Part shown: one piece after another, positions 33,401-47,800 of the stretch
Numbering within the stretch: the first letter of the stretch is position 1
How the letters are laid out: the number at the start of each line of letters is the position of its first letter
Source: Paraphysomonas bandaiensis
Taxonomy: Eukaryota; Protista; Chrysophyceae
Length of the DNA: 64,000 nucleotides
Reading direction: 5' to 3'
Assembly: GCA_965644295.1 (NCBI GenBank)
Contig: CBFFRP010000185.1
Coordinates: 124,001 to 188,000 of the forward strand
Notes under the pieces: model-generated
Told to the model about the DNA's origin: nothing
The model's input: only the letters and a program-made list of their open reading frames with translations
Databases searched by the model: none
Program-made: the position numbers and the translations under genes

Positions 33401-36400
33401 GTGCCTGATGAACATGCTGCGAACTACGCACTCCAATATCAATCGTCTCACCATCAATATCAGAGTCACCGCCATCATGGTGACGCAAACTCAGTGAACT
33501 ATCACCTCCTGGTGCCTGATGAACATGCTGCGAACTACGCACTCCAGCATTAATCGTCTCACCATCAATATCAGAGTCACCGCCATCATGGTGACGCAAA
33601 CTCAGTGAACTATCACCTCCTGGTGCCTGATGAACATGCTGCGAACTACGCACTCCAATATCAATCGTCTCACCATTAACATCAGAGTCACCGCCATCAT
33701 GGTGACGCAAACTCAGTGAACTATCACCTCCTGGTGCCTGATGAACATGCTGCGAACTACGCACTCCAGCATTAATCGTCTCACCATCAATATCAGAGTC
33801 ACCGCCATCATGGTGACGCAAACTCAGTGAACTATCACCTCCTGGTGCCTGATGAACATGCTGCGAACTACGCACTCCAGCATTAATCGTCTCACCATCA
33901 ATATCAGAGTCACCGCCATCATGGTGACGCAAACTCAGTGAACTATCACCTCCTGGTGCCTGATGAACATGCTGCGAACTACGCACTCCAGCATTAATCG
34001 TCTCACCATCAACATCAGAGTCACCGCCATCATGGTGACGCAAACTCAGTGAATTATTGTTTATATTTGTAATATCTGTAGAATCAATATGCCCGTATAG
34101 TAGGATGTGTAGTTGTTTTTGGCGAATTGCCAACGTTTCTTTTTGGTTCTTTAGCCACTGTGCATGCTGTAGTCGTTTGTCAGCAGTATCCATGAGTTGA
34201 CTATATTTATCCCGCAGAGAAGCTTCAGCGACTTGTAGCTCTTCCCTGGTTACTCGTCTAGGGGTTATCCCGACCCCCACATCCACAATGTCGTTGGGTG
34301 CCGCATCAGATAAACCTTCGGGCACACTCCATGTCATATCACTTACACTCTCAGAGCTTACACTTTCTTCGGCATGATCCTCAGGTAATTCAGATGTGAC
34401 ATCTTGAGCTAACGGAACATCAGTCCCGGGGTCTGGAAGCATGTTGCCTTCTAGGCTATCACAATGAGAGTCCTTGTCAACTACAGTTCCGTCTTCCACC
34501 TCTATTTTGCTATCAGCCCATTTCCCAATAGCATCTCTCACATCTCTCAAGAGTGTTTGGTATGTTTTTTCGGCAGTCTCCGTCTTGCGTCGATTTACCG
34601 CCACATCCAGCGGATGGATGGGAAACACGAGCTCCAGATTTATACCCTCACTGTTCTGTGCTGCTGCGCGTTCCAGGAGTCGCCTGAATGGAACGGAAGT
34701 TGTATCCATTCGAGACACCCCCCAGAGCAACGCTGTTTTCACTGGCTCAACAGCAGAGTCCCGAGATGATGACCACCACTTCCTCATTCTCTTATTTCGC
34801 ATACTAATTCGATGAGCCCGAACAACCTCTGCGGATGCATGCATATGGAACACAATGCGCTCCACCTCACTGAGCAAAGGAACCGATACACGACGGAGCA
34901 AAAACAGTGTAGCGCAGATGCAATAACACAAATCGGACGCAGAGTCAGCGGCCGAATGATGAACTTTTCCTACATCTAGAGAAGCAGTGATAGGAATAAA
35001 AGATCTAAGGCGGGAGTGTGCAGTACGCAAAACATTCCTTCTCGGAGTGTAGCCCTGTATTACTCCAAGCTGTAGCCCTTCCAGTCTCTGGAAGCACCTG
35101 AGTAGCATCTCCAGCACTTCCCACCCTGTGGGGTACCCAATATCATCGACTTCCCCCTTTAGCCAGAGTCCGGGATGTTGCATATACGACGTAAACACTG
35201 GGGTACTATCTGAATTGCCATTTACTCCACACTTCTCTATCTCGGTTAGCAAAGGTGTGGGGGCAATACAATGGAGAATATGTCTTAGTACACGTACTTC
35301 GTTCTGCACTGCTTGCCAGAGAGCAGGCAGAGTTATAGTTTTCCCACTACGCATTAAGTATTGTTCAAAAGAACTCAGCGACGAGTCACATACATGTAGT
35401 AGATCCTCCACACCCACTCCAAGTGCTTGTTGGGCTGGGTCGGTGCATTCTGCTGAGCAGAATGCGTTGATTGCAGAATTGAGTAATACTCGTGTCTGAA
35501 GCAGTTTATAAAATACAGAAGCATACAAACGAAGGCACGATAGCGTATAGCCAGGAACAATATACTGTGTCTTCGGGTTTAAAAATGCAGATATCGTATC
35601 AATTCCTCGCAATGCCTGCAAACAAGCGACTGTAAACTTCGTCTCACTGAACTCAACTGCGGATCGGTTTAAGAGTCTATCCGCATAGAGGGCACGACAA
35701 AACTCCTCCTTCGTCGTCAATGTAATATAGCCAGTAAGGGCCGCTGGTTTACTATCACTGTTGTCCTTATCTGCAGGCGCAGTGCAGTCTGAACAAGTAG
35801 TGCGGTCATCGCTGTCGTCCACATGTGAGCTATTATGAGATTGAGAGGTATGAATATGAACTCGATCTCTTAATAACGGCATCGACAGTCTGACATCCAT
35901 AGACTCATACAGAGATGATGCGCGATAGAGTTTGCTGTGGATCAGAGCACCAAACAGATCTGACATATAGTCACGATCCTCTTGCATCATCAACCCTATA
36001 CTCGATAGCTACAACAGTCAAGAAGGTGGCAACATCATTTATATAAGAGACAGTGTGCTGAGGAGTTTATGTACGTCGATTTTAAGTCTCATTTCGAAAT
36101 GTAAACTAGACTCACAATACTGAAAATACTCTTGACGCTTCAAGATGTGTATATAGTGTATTCATACTACGTGATTTTATACAGCAGTGGAATCTGTATG
36201 TACTGTGCTCTGTCGCCTGCTGTGTAGATCTGGATGGGATGCATACTGTATCTATCTATATATCTATGTAGAGGATATCTATCAGGCCTTTAAACGTTAC
36301 TGCAGTTATCGGCAACAATGCAATGAAGTGTCCATTTTCAAAGGACCTACATATATGTGTTATAGAAGTGCTGTTGAAGCTTATATTTCTATAAACAGAG

Positions 36401-36553
36401 GATGCATAATGACGGTGAACAAGAAGGATTACTAACAGTCAAGCTGATGAAATGAGAGAATTAGTATTTCCACTTACCTTGGTCTGAATTTTGCTTCTTT
36501 TGATCCAGTTGCAGGTCTGCTTTGAAAAGCAGTGCTATGAAGTAGGGTTCCAT
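30492..36553 (-). CDS. Gamma-tubulin complex component, GCP6/TUBGCP6-like, with a large repeat insertion
   Basis: GRIP2-like motifs LLDYIDCLHHIFLL and LKVRFEPPWPLSMML...RRLLEL, preceded by a coiled coil and a long tandem-repeat insertion, as in GCP6. The main exon is 30492 to about 36000. A probable first exon is 36553-36478 (ATG...G|GTAAGT); intervening exons were not resolved. Confidence 0.7.
32118..34052 (-). repeat. Coding minisatellite: 17 full 111-bp units (37 aa) plus a partial unit
   Basis: Unit SLSLRHHDGGDSDIDGETI(NA/DI)GVRSSQHVHQAPGGDS with 111-bp spacing. Confidence 0.97.
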
Positions 36554-37272
36554 GATGCGACCAAACGTGAACAGGCAGATACGTTGCCCCCTACTTCTGC
36601 TATTGCCACAGCAGTCTAAATCAGAATCACTAGAGATGAAACTGTTGACACATTACACGCACAATTACAAATTAGGTATGGTTAGGTTCCAAGCCTGCCG
36701 AAGGTTGTATGATTTCTGCGAAATGGACACTGCAAGGTTTCGTTATGTACAACTGATTTCTGATTTATTCGGTGCAAGCAATTATGGACTGGCGTAGATG
36801 TTAGACAAGCGACATAAATATTCACACCCAGCTTATGAAGTTTATAAATCGGTCACTTTATTGGATGTATTCAAGTTGGTGTCTGGGGCGGAAAACTGCC
36901 GATATTATTTTATCGTTTATCGTGTAGATTAACAATATTAGTGCACTAAGTGTAACTGAAACGAATATTTGTAGCTCTATATTGATTGTTTATTTTGCCA
37001 TGATGCTACCACTAAGTGCTGTGATGAAATCTTTTAAGAATAATAATAATTGGGATCTTTTTCAAGACATGTACACGCCCACCCCATATGTATAACATAT
37101 AGTAGAGATCAAATATATTCATTGTTAAAATTTCTTAAGATCAATTCTAACTTCGCGCTATCCATTTATACTACAATTCCTGCTCTGAACAAAACTAAAT
37201 CGCACAGCACAAACATTTACATGTGGTTGACTCGGCAATAACACTTCGACGGGGATTCAATCTGTCCACACA

Positions 37273-38959
37273 CTACAGTTGGCCCTCAAAAACACAACAC
37301 TCGCCTGATAAAGCATCAAACATTTTCGCTGATTGTTCCCTCGTGGTTTTCTGCATATGTTGACCGATGTCGCTACCGTCCCCAAGACCTATACGCTTCA
37401 CTATTTTTTTGTATACATCTCCATTCGAGGGTACCAGAGCTTTCAGACTGCAGGTCGAACTCACATACCACATTTTCACTAGGGCAAAGTTCTCAAGTTT
37501 CTGTTTTTTATTAGCAGTCCAGCACATGTGGAATATATACGGATGAGCTTTTTTCTCCATCACGCGGCGCATATAATTTTTGTCGTGGTGATATTTCACA
37601 CCAGACGGGAAATCAAGAAGATTCAAAAACAATCTATGGGAAGGAAGAAGGTCCATATTTTCCATTAATCGCATAGTGAAAACATTTTGATGGGACCCAG
37701 TCGCCTGTAAAATATCAAAGGAGGTCATAACTCCATACGCGAAATTAATATTAGATGGGGTTGAGCGAAGGTAGTAAAATCCCGAATTGGCATAGAAGGG
37801 AGAGTACCTTAATGACCGCTGCCCGTCATCACTCAAATAAGAAGAGAACCGTCCACCAGTAGCGTTTCTATGCCCATGGAAATACTCAAAAGGGTTACGG
37901 AACCAAACAAGGTCAAGGTCCTGGAATAAGACATGATACCCCGCACGCAACGTTAGCCAAAGAGAAAAAGCTTTGTACCACATCATCTCCACAAATATTT
38001 TGTCCAAGTATCCAGAGGAGGCTCTACGCTCAACAGTGGCAAAGTTCTCATGATAAAATCCCACAGCTCCAGTTGCGCGCACCACTGACACAATTTCACT
38101 GTGATAAAAAGACATCCATTAGATTTCAGTCATAATCACCATGATATTGCGAGGACACTCACCTACTTCCTGCAACAACTACAACATTATGTAAGCTGAT
38201 ATTATGGGCGCGACAGGAACACGCAAAATTCAGAAATAGGTCAATTTCCCCATCATTTGCGACCATAAGCACGATATCGTCCCCGCTGTGAATACCTCGT
38301 GCACTCAACATACCTCGCAGCTTAAGGTCAATACTATCAAGGTGCTGGAGAAGTGGCTTGGTCTTATCAGCCTGACTTTTACGTCCCTTCGTTTTAGCTA
38401 CATTTCTAAAATATCCGCTGGCTTTCGGATGCACTGGATCCAACACTCGTCCAGTTTTTTTGCTGTCAGAGTTATACCTCAACAAATTAGAGGTCGCTGG
38501 TAGGTTTGAAGAGTGCATAACAGCCACACATTCCACAGGCTTTCCATTGCAGACAGCATTTGCGTAGGTAGTGCACTTACTCTCCGGATGAGCATTGAGC
38601 GCCACAAGCATTTGAGATGGCGATTTTACTGCTGCGAGCTCACCATGTTTGTAAGCATCAAAGGATTCCGTACTTATGTGTGCAAAAGATGGAGCAGCAT
38701 GTGATTTTAAAATCGGCCTGCAGTCGCCAGTCGATTGTGAAGGCGTTGACAACGGAACACCATTCGGTCGCATGCATTGACTGTAGTTATATGATACATC
38801 ACTCTTTTGAGTGATGGAGTGCGGACTCGTGACACAAGTACTCACAGGCTCCTTAGAATTCGAAGAAAAAATACTCCCATTGCGACCTATATAAGCCCAC
38901 AGCATGAAGTTTAAGAGGGGGCATATCAGCCACACACAAAACGAGCGGACAGAACTCAT
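37273..38959 (-). CDS. Nucleotide-diphospho-sugar transferase (GT77-like) type II membrane glycosyltransferase
   Basis: N-terminal TM anchor, GYHVLFQDLDLVWFRNP (DxD), YANSGFYY and FHMCWT...K. Intron 38099-38162 joins the two ORFs in frame. Confidence 0.88.
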
Positions 38960-39787
38960 ATGAGATTTCTTGAGCTCAGTTGAGTGAGTTGTCACAAGCA
39001 GTAACTGTCACTCCTCATGCATATATGCGGAACTTGTAACCCTCACCACCTGCCCAACTATACAGAGTATATGTAGCACTCTAACCCCAGTCGACAGCAT
39101 ACCATGCCACGGTATCACGCTATCACTGTACAGCACTATACCCAGCCAGCAGCATGCTATATTGAGGGCTACATCAATATACATACGTATTCCTACCGGT
39201 ATACAACACCTCCCACCCACACAGCAGTAAACCCTCAGTATACCCTCAGTATATTGTGAAAAAACTTGTGGAAAGTCCGGACGCGATATACACTGTACGT
39301 TCGGCATCATTTGTATATTTTTGTTCATATATGCCTCTATTATTGAGACAACAATTATCTGTATTATAGCCGTAGTTGTATTGCAGTAATAAAGAGTATA
39401 TTTGATTCAATTTATTTTCGAAAAATTAGATGCTGACTGCCGATACTAAGTTTTCCCAACTTTTTTTAGCTGTCCGGACGCGGCGTAAAAAAACTGGAGG
39501 TTTTTTGCAAACCACGGACGCGGTACTGTGGGGTTTCACTGTATTTCTTTCGTAGTCGTATCTGAGTACGAGAAACATGTGGCGATGAAAATGGAAGGAA
39601 TGAACAGCCACATCTAGATCTCCACACTACAGCTGTACACCAGCAGAGTGCGGTGCATGTATCTGCAGCCTGTGGTCTAGAAGTTCAGCTGTTTGATTGG
39701 AGTTGTGTACATATACAACTGTACTGTATATACTCACAACAGCAGCGGCGTTATCTTATTGCGTAAAGGTGGTGAAACATTTCAATA

Positions 39788-39972
39788 ATGGGGGGAGGTA
39801 ACGCCCAGAAGACTGCCACTTCAAGAGCCAGGCACGCCGAGAAGGCCGCTAAGACAAAGAACGCTGGCGGCGGAAAAGCTGGTAAGGACGCGCGCACAGG
39901 CGTCAATCAGCAAGAAGCTATGGCTGCTGCTGCTGCCAAGCGGGAAGAAATTAAAAAGAAGAGAGAACAGAA
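39788..39972 (+). CDS. Small basic SERF/ZNF706 (4F5)-like protein, first exon
   Basis: The MGGGNAQKTATSRARHAEK N-terminus is typical of the family. Probable donor AAG|GTATAC; downstream exons were not resolved. Confidence 0.7.
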
Positions 39973-41600
39973 GGTATACATACGTATTCTGTATATAGAG
40001 GTGTACTGACAGCAAGTGACAGGGCAAGTAGAGGGGTACCTATTGTCCACGGATACACCTTCACAAGGATATCTCGATATGTCTTCTTCGTTACATTGAT
40101 TTTCTAATGTAAATATAATGAGAGATGTTCAATTACTTACATTTACTATATCGGCTTGTGTTATACCATAAAACCTTCTCCCGGGATGTCGGAGGTGTTT
40201 CAGTTAACGGTCATGTGTATGTCGTTAACTCTGCAGTCTTGCGACATTCATTTGATCAGCGGTAGCCAACAATTTGTTGTTGACGACATTTACTACAATG
40301 TATATTGCAGTACATGAACTGGTATACCGGCTAAAGGGGTATACACGATTACAATGCTCCAATAAAGATTTAAGCTTAGTAACAAGAAGAAGAATATTTT
40401 GATCATTAGAGTGTAAAGCGATGAACACAGTAGTGTAGAAAAGTGAATAACAAAGCAGACCATATCTACCACATACAACGGAAGAGTTAGAAGTATAACT
40501 GATAATGACGATCATTATGTTGACGATCATGTATCTTTCAACAGATACTCTCTATAATTCAGTTCATGATATATTTCATTGAACATTATATTCCACATAT
40601 ACTATCTTATATTAAGATGAATCCTAATAGTTTCACCACGTTTTTTGCTGTCTTGAGAGCACAGCTAAATGTGGTGCCGGCGGCTTTTCAATTTCTGCTG
40701 CAAAATATGATAGGGTAGCTTATACCTTATATATTAATGAATAAAACATTATTATGAATAATAGGTGCTAACAGCTGTCGATAGCTATAAATTTGATTTT
40801 TGATGGAAAGTTTGCTTTTAGCTAGTTGTGTACTCAACTAAGACTTCAGCACTTCTACTACGCTCTGCTTGGGCACGGTAATAATAAACCCTGTGATTCT
40901 GGCTGACTACATCAGGCTCTCGTACATATATAGTGGAAGAGTAACTATGAAGATGTTCTTATATTACAGGCAGTACTAATTAATAATTAATAGATTAATA
41001 GCTATATGTAGGTATTATGTACGTATGTGTACTATACACTACACGACGACGTTTACAACAAAAATACAGAATTATAATTATAATATACTGTATATAATTG
41101 TCATGCCTATAATTAATTTACAATATATTGTAAGGTTTTTATTGGCGCCCACAATACAATATTTAGCTGATGTGCTCTAGTATGAAAGGTATGCAGTATG
41201 CAGCATGCATTGACTAAGGTCCTTTGTCCTTAGTCTTCCACACCTACTCACTCACTATTATTTCTGCTTTGTTTGTGTGCACTCTCTGCACTCAAAATTT
41301 CAGGACTCCGTTCAAAAAGTATAATTATTATACAATACTTCATCATCTATGCATGTTCTTATTGAGCACAAGATCCTGGTACTTAACAACGCATTTTCAA
41401 ATAAAAGCAATAGCATGAGTGTAGTGGGAAAAGCAGCAGTTACAAGAAATAGGTCATTCGATACACTGGTACTTTATTCAATTTACATAAATAAAATCGG
41501 AATTCAACTAACAAACATACCAACATAGATAAACCACGTCAGTTTATATATCACTGAAACTTTTATAACTGACACAAACAATCTGTGGTAGCAGCGCATA

Positions 41601-44172
41601 CTACAGAGATTTAATCCACTTGAGCTTGTCATCGAATGATGACAATCGGTGCATCACGACACCACCTTTCGTGTGAGGACTCAATTTTTCAATTATTTTA
41701 CGTGCTACACCCCTCTTTCCTAACTTTCCAAGGTGACGGGTATTCATTTTAGTGTATAACTCTTGTCGCAATTTTTCTGCCTGATTCTTTTCAGATGCGA
41801 ACAAATATGATTCAAATTCCTACAAACCATAACCGTAGTGAGTTAGCAAGTCCTCGTATTATAACAACTCAACTTACTCCCATATCAATTGTAGCACCTC
41901 CATTTATATCAATGCATGAGAATATGAACTTTATCTTATCTGGACCATAAAGCATTCCACAAGAGAGAAGCATATCAGAAAACTCCCTCCGGGAGAGACA
42001 TATACCATCCGAACTGAACCTGTTGCATATAGCCACCATACCTTTCCGAGGGTCATTTTCGTTCTCATCTCTACAACTCTTGAGGTATTTGTTTTTGAAT
42101 TCCTCAGATGCAGCGGCATTAGCTGCAGATTGTTCCATTACACTTCCGACGATATCAAGGTTGAGTAGCGTAATCGCTTTGAGCACCGAAACGGATCTTA
42201 TAGCCATAGCCAGGAAGGGGAATCCGACTAGAGCCGGCAATAGCGCAATCACTATCAATTTTATTGTTTTATCCTGTCTGTGGGAGGTTTCAAGTACCAC
42301 TGATATAACATGTGTGCTCCACCAGGCCAGGTAGAGAGAGTTGCAGGTAATTACGAAGTCAGCCAGTGCATATAATAGCTCCGGCCAACGGAACCAGAAC
42401 ACTGCTCTGAAATTCTGCTTTTGTACATTTCTCTTGAGTCTATGTCTTAGACGGGAGCTGGTGTTGGTTTCAGGCTTCTTAGACTTAGTAACCTCACCCT
42501 GAACGAACCTAGTAAGGCTTCTCCTCCAACTTTCACCAGAGGATTGCTGCCTCATGACTGGCCTACGAGGTTTGGCAAGAGCGGTGAATTGTTCCAGCGC
42601 ATTCGGGAAAGAAATAATATTTCCGTCACCGGTAGCGAACTTTGGAGATAGCACAGCCTTCGATTTAGGAGATCTATTATTACTTCTAGTGCTTTTCATA
42701 GATATCTCTCTGTTACTGTTGTTATCGGCAATTTTTCCGTTACGGCCTGAAGGGACGTCATGCACCGCCCCCGGTTGGTCTTCCTCACTACTGCTTCTTG
42801 ATTCCTCGTCGTCTGACTTTTCTTCTATAGCGCTCACCCGCGAAAATGTGCGTGTGACAGCTGAGACGCGGGTGTTCGATGCGACTTCCGATGGATGCTC
42901 GTCGTATGATCCCACCGAAGTGTCAATTTGTATTGGTGGTAATGGTTCACTCAGAAGAAGCTTTCTCTTGCTGAATGGGTCATCTGACCCCTCTTTCACT
43001 TCCGACTTGACTTCATCCTCCTCGCCATTAATAGAGGTAGAACTAGAATCTCTGCTCATCTGGTATGATTCACTAGCTATCCTAGCCTTCAGTCTACTCT
43101 GTAGCCCTGCCTGACGCAGTTTCGAGACAGCTTTTAGCACAGATTGTCGTAACCGTCGTCCAGATATCTTCCGCTTGTTGGCTTTCGTGTACTCCACCTG
43201 CAAACGCAAGTTTTTCTGTTCAGCCATAATCTCCGCTATTGTTTGCCGCACATAATCATTCCTGACGGCTGCAGAGGCTAGTGCCTCATTAGCATGATCC
43301 TCCGCCAGCAGGAATACCGTGTAGTCTTCAATGTCACTCACACCACAGGTCTCTATAAGCTTGAGTTCACTGGAACGACCCCAATAGAAAAGCACCACAC
43401 ACAGTAACGCATTCAATGCCCCACCAGCTGTAAATATCCAAATTTCTCCGCTTCGATCTTCACAATTTTCAGGACAATGGCGCTTCCAGACCTCTACTTC
43501 AATTGCAGCGACCAAAGTCAGGCAGAGCACTACGCACCATTTTTGGGCTGATATCTCTATAATTGACAGGATGTTAGCTTCATGCGTTGTCCGCAGAAAC
43601 ATCCCGAAGTCAAGATCACCTAGACCAGTGCTGATGCCATATGCACTGGTAAATATACTCCTTAGCATCCGAAACTCTACTTGGTCCCGGGGTTTGCAGA
43701 AGGGAATGTACCTTGCTTTCCACCATATTGAATTCTTAGCCTCTTCAACATTCAGATTCAATTCTTCTGATGAGATATTAGCTGCAACGTTCCAAATCTG
43801 CGCCTGGCCTACTGACCCAACCATAATGAAAATACCTTGCACACAAAAGAATGATGCCATCACGAAGCAGCATATATCCGCAAACCCGAAAGCTTGGTAA
43901 AACGTTGTTGACAGCTTAACATCAGTTTGGTCTAAAATCGTAAAAATGAAGGACGCAAATCCCACCATCATTATCTCTCGATACATTCGTTGTAACATTA
44001 AATGGTAAGATGTGCCCAAAGTAAATATTTCTAAGGAATTCAATGCTTCAGAACATATGGTCAGATATGCGGCGACCATCGCAAATGCGCCGAAGAGAAA
44101 ATATCCATTATTCGTTGATCCAAAAATATTCGCACTCTCTTCGTCTCCATCGTATACGTCAGTCACATTCAT
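41601..44172 (-). CDS. MLO-like multi-pass membrane protein with C-terminal EF-hand(s)
   Basis: MLO-like motifs REIMMVGFASF, DFGMFL...IIEIS..KW and FWFRWPELL...NSLYLA. Intron 41820-41877 completes the EF-hand DINGGATIDMGEF. Confidence 0.8.
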
Positions 44173-44839
44173 TGTGGAAGTTAGTTTATATGTGCTTTGC
44201 TTCAGGCTGTGTATGGAACTACCAGATCAAGCATACGCTCATGCAGTTATTAGGGCGCATACACCCCTATACTATCATATATGTATATCAACGAAAAACA
44301 TCAAACTGTAAAGGCGTGATATTATTAATATTTTACGACAGTGATCAGAGTGTTGGCAATCAGATATATATATACGCACCCCATAGATATGAATTCGTAT
44401 GCGTGAAACAGTCTAATGCTCTGTTCGTACCTCATCCTCATCCCCAACTACACACTTACGCACGCCATCAGCTTCAACTACATCCCGAACCGTGTGGTAC
44501 ACTTATACAGTGCCTACCGTACTGCTGTACTGTACCCAGATATGTAAAAATAACGAAAGGAGGAGCAGCAGATAATGCTAATGAATTCAAAAATTGAAAA
44601 TGCAGTCCGCCAGTTTGTGTAGACATATATACGTATATAGGTATACGTACCAGGAGTCCTGTACTGTTGGAGATCTGTACCTGTGATGTTGAGCATGTAT
44701 GTAGATGTATGCACATGCTGTCGGGGCATCCACTGACACTGATAATGTTACAGTTTCCGGCACATATATTCGACACACAGGGATGAGATAATTGAGTGAC
44801 TGGAAACACATGTCTGTTATTCCCTCTTGCACCCTTTGA

Positions 44840-47800
44840 ATGTATTCAAAGATGAGTGGCGGGGCTGTGATATACGACTCTATTCCTCCTCTTATAAGTG
44901 GGAAGAAAACTGGCCAACTAGTTGTGCGGATTCCGAAGATAGATATCGACGATGGTCGCGTTGGTGTTGGATATAAAGCACAGTTTGAGTGGTGGGGCCA
45001 GAAGGTAGAGCCAGCAGTGTTGAATATCCCGTGGAAGGCGGGGCAGGCTATAGATGAAGCAATCTTTCCGATTCGTGTTGATCGGGGCTCTCTTGAGGGG
45101 TATCTTTCAGACATGGAGACTCTGATTATATACATATATGACCCGGAAGGGAAGTTGTATGGTCATGCTGAGATCCCTCTTGACCGCCTCATAAACAATA
45201 GTCTATGTCATAGTGGTCCTGTTGTTGTTAGGAGCAGCGATGCTACAGACATGTTAGGGAAAATATACGTCGATATTATCACTGTGTTTGGTGATCTGAG
45301 TTCAAAACGAATTAAAAAATTGGAAAGTAAAGCATTAAGTAGCGTAAACACTTTTCAACGCATGGAGGTTAATTTTACTATATGCTGCAGGTAGTTTATA
45401 ATAGTGTATTGCAGGCACTTGTTGTGACTGACAATTCTGGGCGGTACACGGAGTGGCCAAAGACAAGTAGTGGTGGGGGTGATTTCAAACCCCAGGAACG
45501 GAGGATGCCTCTTACGGAACAAGAGCCAGCATCTCCTGTGAGTAAGGATAAAATAAAAGTGGGAAATGGATATCCGGAGCGAGATGGAATACCGCTGCTT
45601 GCTAGGAGGGCTGCTGCTCGTCGTAGGGCTGGAGGTGGTAGGCACCGTCAAAGTGGAAGAGGGAGAGAATATACGGGAAAAGTTCTCCCAAATTTACGGG
45701 AAGAGGGGGACGGGGAATCGTTGATGTCAGGTGTCACTGAACAAAAGAAGAGTGACAAGCGGGACGATTCTCCTGCCCCTACACCCCCTCTACCTGCTCC
45801 TGATCACCCTCCCTCTTTGGTGTCCAATATCAATAGTGGATCTGTTGTGACTTCTGCAACTGCCAGTAAAACTGCTGTACTTGTTCGAGCACAGCACTTA
45901 CTATCAAAGGTGAAAGCTTCTCTGGGATCCCGGGATGAACCAGGAGCAGAAACCAAGCCTCAAAGAGGTATAGAAAACAATATGACGGCACTGGGAGATT
46001 TGCCTCGTAGCCAGGGTGTACGCCGAACCCACTCGAAAGTAGGTGAAGTGGATTGGCTACTCAGAGGAGTGCCAGAAGTATGGGATGAAGAGGTCGAAGT
46101 CTCAGATGAGCTTGTTGAGAGACTAATTTCAGAGGGAGGTCGGCCCCCAGCACAGCTAGCTTTTCCTTCACTTTATGCAGCCTCTCAGCGTACTCTGGCT
46201 AACTTAGAGGGCGTACGCCGTCTTCGCCTAACCTTCAGTGGCCTTCACATTTATAGTGCTCGGTATGGTGTTCGGCGGGAGGGATCTTATATAGTTGTTC
46301 AGCCGCCTGCAGGATGCACTAGTCCACACGGAGGAGAGCGATCCTCCACTGTGGATTTGCCTGAAATGGGCACGGAACCATCCGCTAGAAGCAAAAATGT
46401 GTTGCGGGGATATGCTGTGGGGAAAGTGGTATTAGGCATTTGTATAGAATGGGGTGTCTGCCTTACGGATGGGGTGCTGCGGGACTGGTTGGCCTCCGAC
46501 GGGGTCAGCGGCACTGTGCGGGTGGAGCTGTACAGTTATCTGTCACCTCCTGCTCGGAAGCCTCGACATCGGGGGAATGAATCAGAACCAGAATCACAGG
46601 GAAAGACGTGGACATCTCCAGCATTATTGTTAGCGCACGCGGATATTCCGATGGGCAGTCTACTGAGCACCGCCGCTCTGAGTGCAATGGTCACCGTCGA
46701 TCTTGTTGTGGACCAAGCTTCTCAGGCTACCATAGCCGATAGACTTATGCGCTTGCCCACCGGTTCGCACTTACGCACTGCAAAACCCTTGGGAGACACA
46801 CTGGGCACACTTTCGTGTGAAATGGCTCTGTTGGATGAGAATAGTCGACCTTTACTGGCTGATGGATGCGAAAGCGATGCTGTTCGAGATACGACTCCAA
46901 CTCATAATTCCTCCCCAATCCGCGCCTCTGTCCGCCCCTCCCCTGCATCTATCAGCACCGGGGCTAACTTGAGCACCAACCTCGATTCTGCATTGGGATA
47001 TGTCCCGTCGGAGCCTTCGGGTCCAGCAGAACCAGTACGTATCGGTGTTGCGGTCCATCACCTAGACCTCTGTTTAGACGAAAGCACTCTAGATGCTATG
47101 ACGGTCCCGATAAACAAGGAGCCCGTCAGAGTTGTCATCGAATACAAGATCGCTCTATCAACTGGAAGGTAAGTGTTGCCATGTCGTGGAGTGTGTTGAT
47201 TATTGTCGTCTTGTTTTAGCATCAGAGATCAGGTCGACACACTTGTGGCTGCTCACCGACTATCCCTTCCAAAGCACACAGTGGAACTGTCATCGGGTAG
47301 GGTTCATACTGTGCACGACATCATGAACTGGAGGTTTATATACTTTGAGGTGTGGCTCAAGTGGCGCGGCCTACTGTACCCAGGTAATGACGAGAGCAGA
47401 CTTTTGGGCCTTGTGAAGTTCCCCGTTCACACTTGTGTGGGGGAGTGTGTATCCTTACCTGTAGTGGATCCTTCGACGGGTCAGCATCGTGGCCATCTTT
47501 ACTTGACTCTCCAGTTTCACCACATGACCGAGCAGGATGCAGAAAATCTGTTGGAGAAGTGCCTAACTACAGAGAGTGTGAGGCGTATGCTGCGGAGTGT
47601 GGAAGGGAGCAAGGTGCAGGAACAGTGCAAGAGAGCTTTCTCCGTTGGGACGGAAGAAGATGTGGATACTGTAGCTTCTGGAAAGGTGCCTGTGCAGCAG
47701 AATTCGGAAGGGAATACATTGAAAACTACTGGCGGGTTTAGTAAACCCGTGTCGTCGACATCCACCCCAGCTAACAGCCTCGACCGCCCCATAGCAGCTT

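Noticed and set aside
32118-34052. CRISPR-like array, or plus-strand His-rich ORFs at 32162-33220
   Set aside because: The units are contiguous with no unique spacers and stay in frame in a minus-strand gene. The plus-strand ORFs are antisense shadows, and there are no cas genes.
39008-41418. Short ORFs around the SERF-like gene
   Set aside because: No recognisable motifs, AT-rich intergenic composition, and several non-ATG starts.
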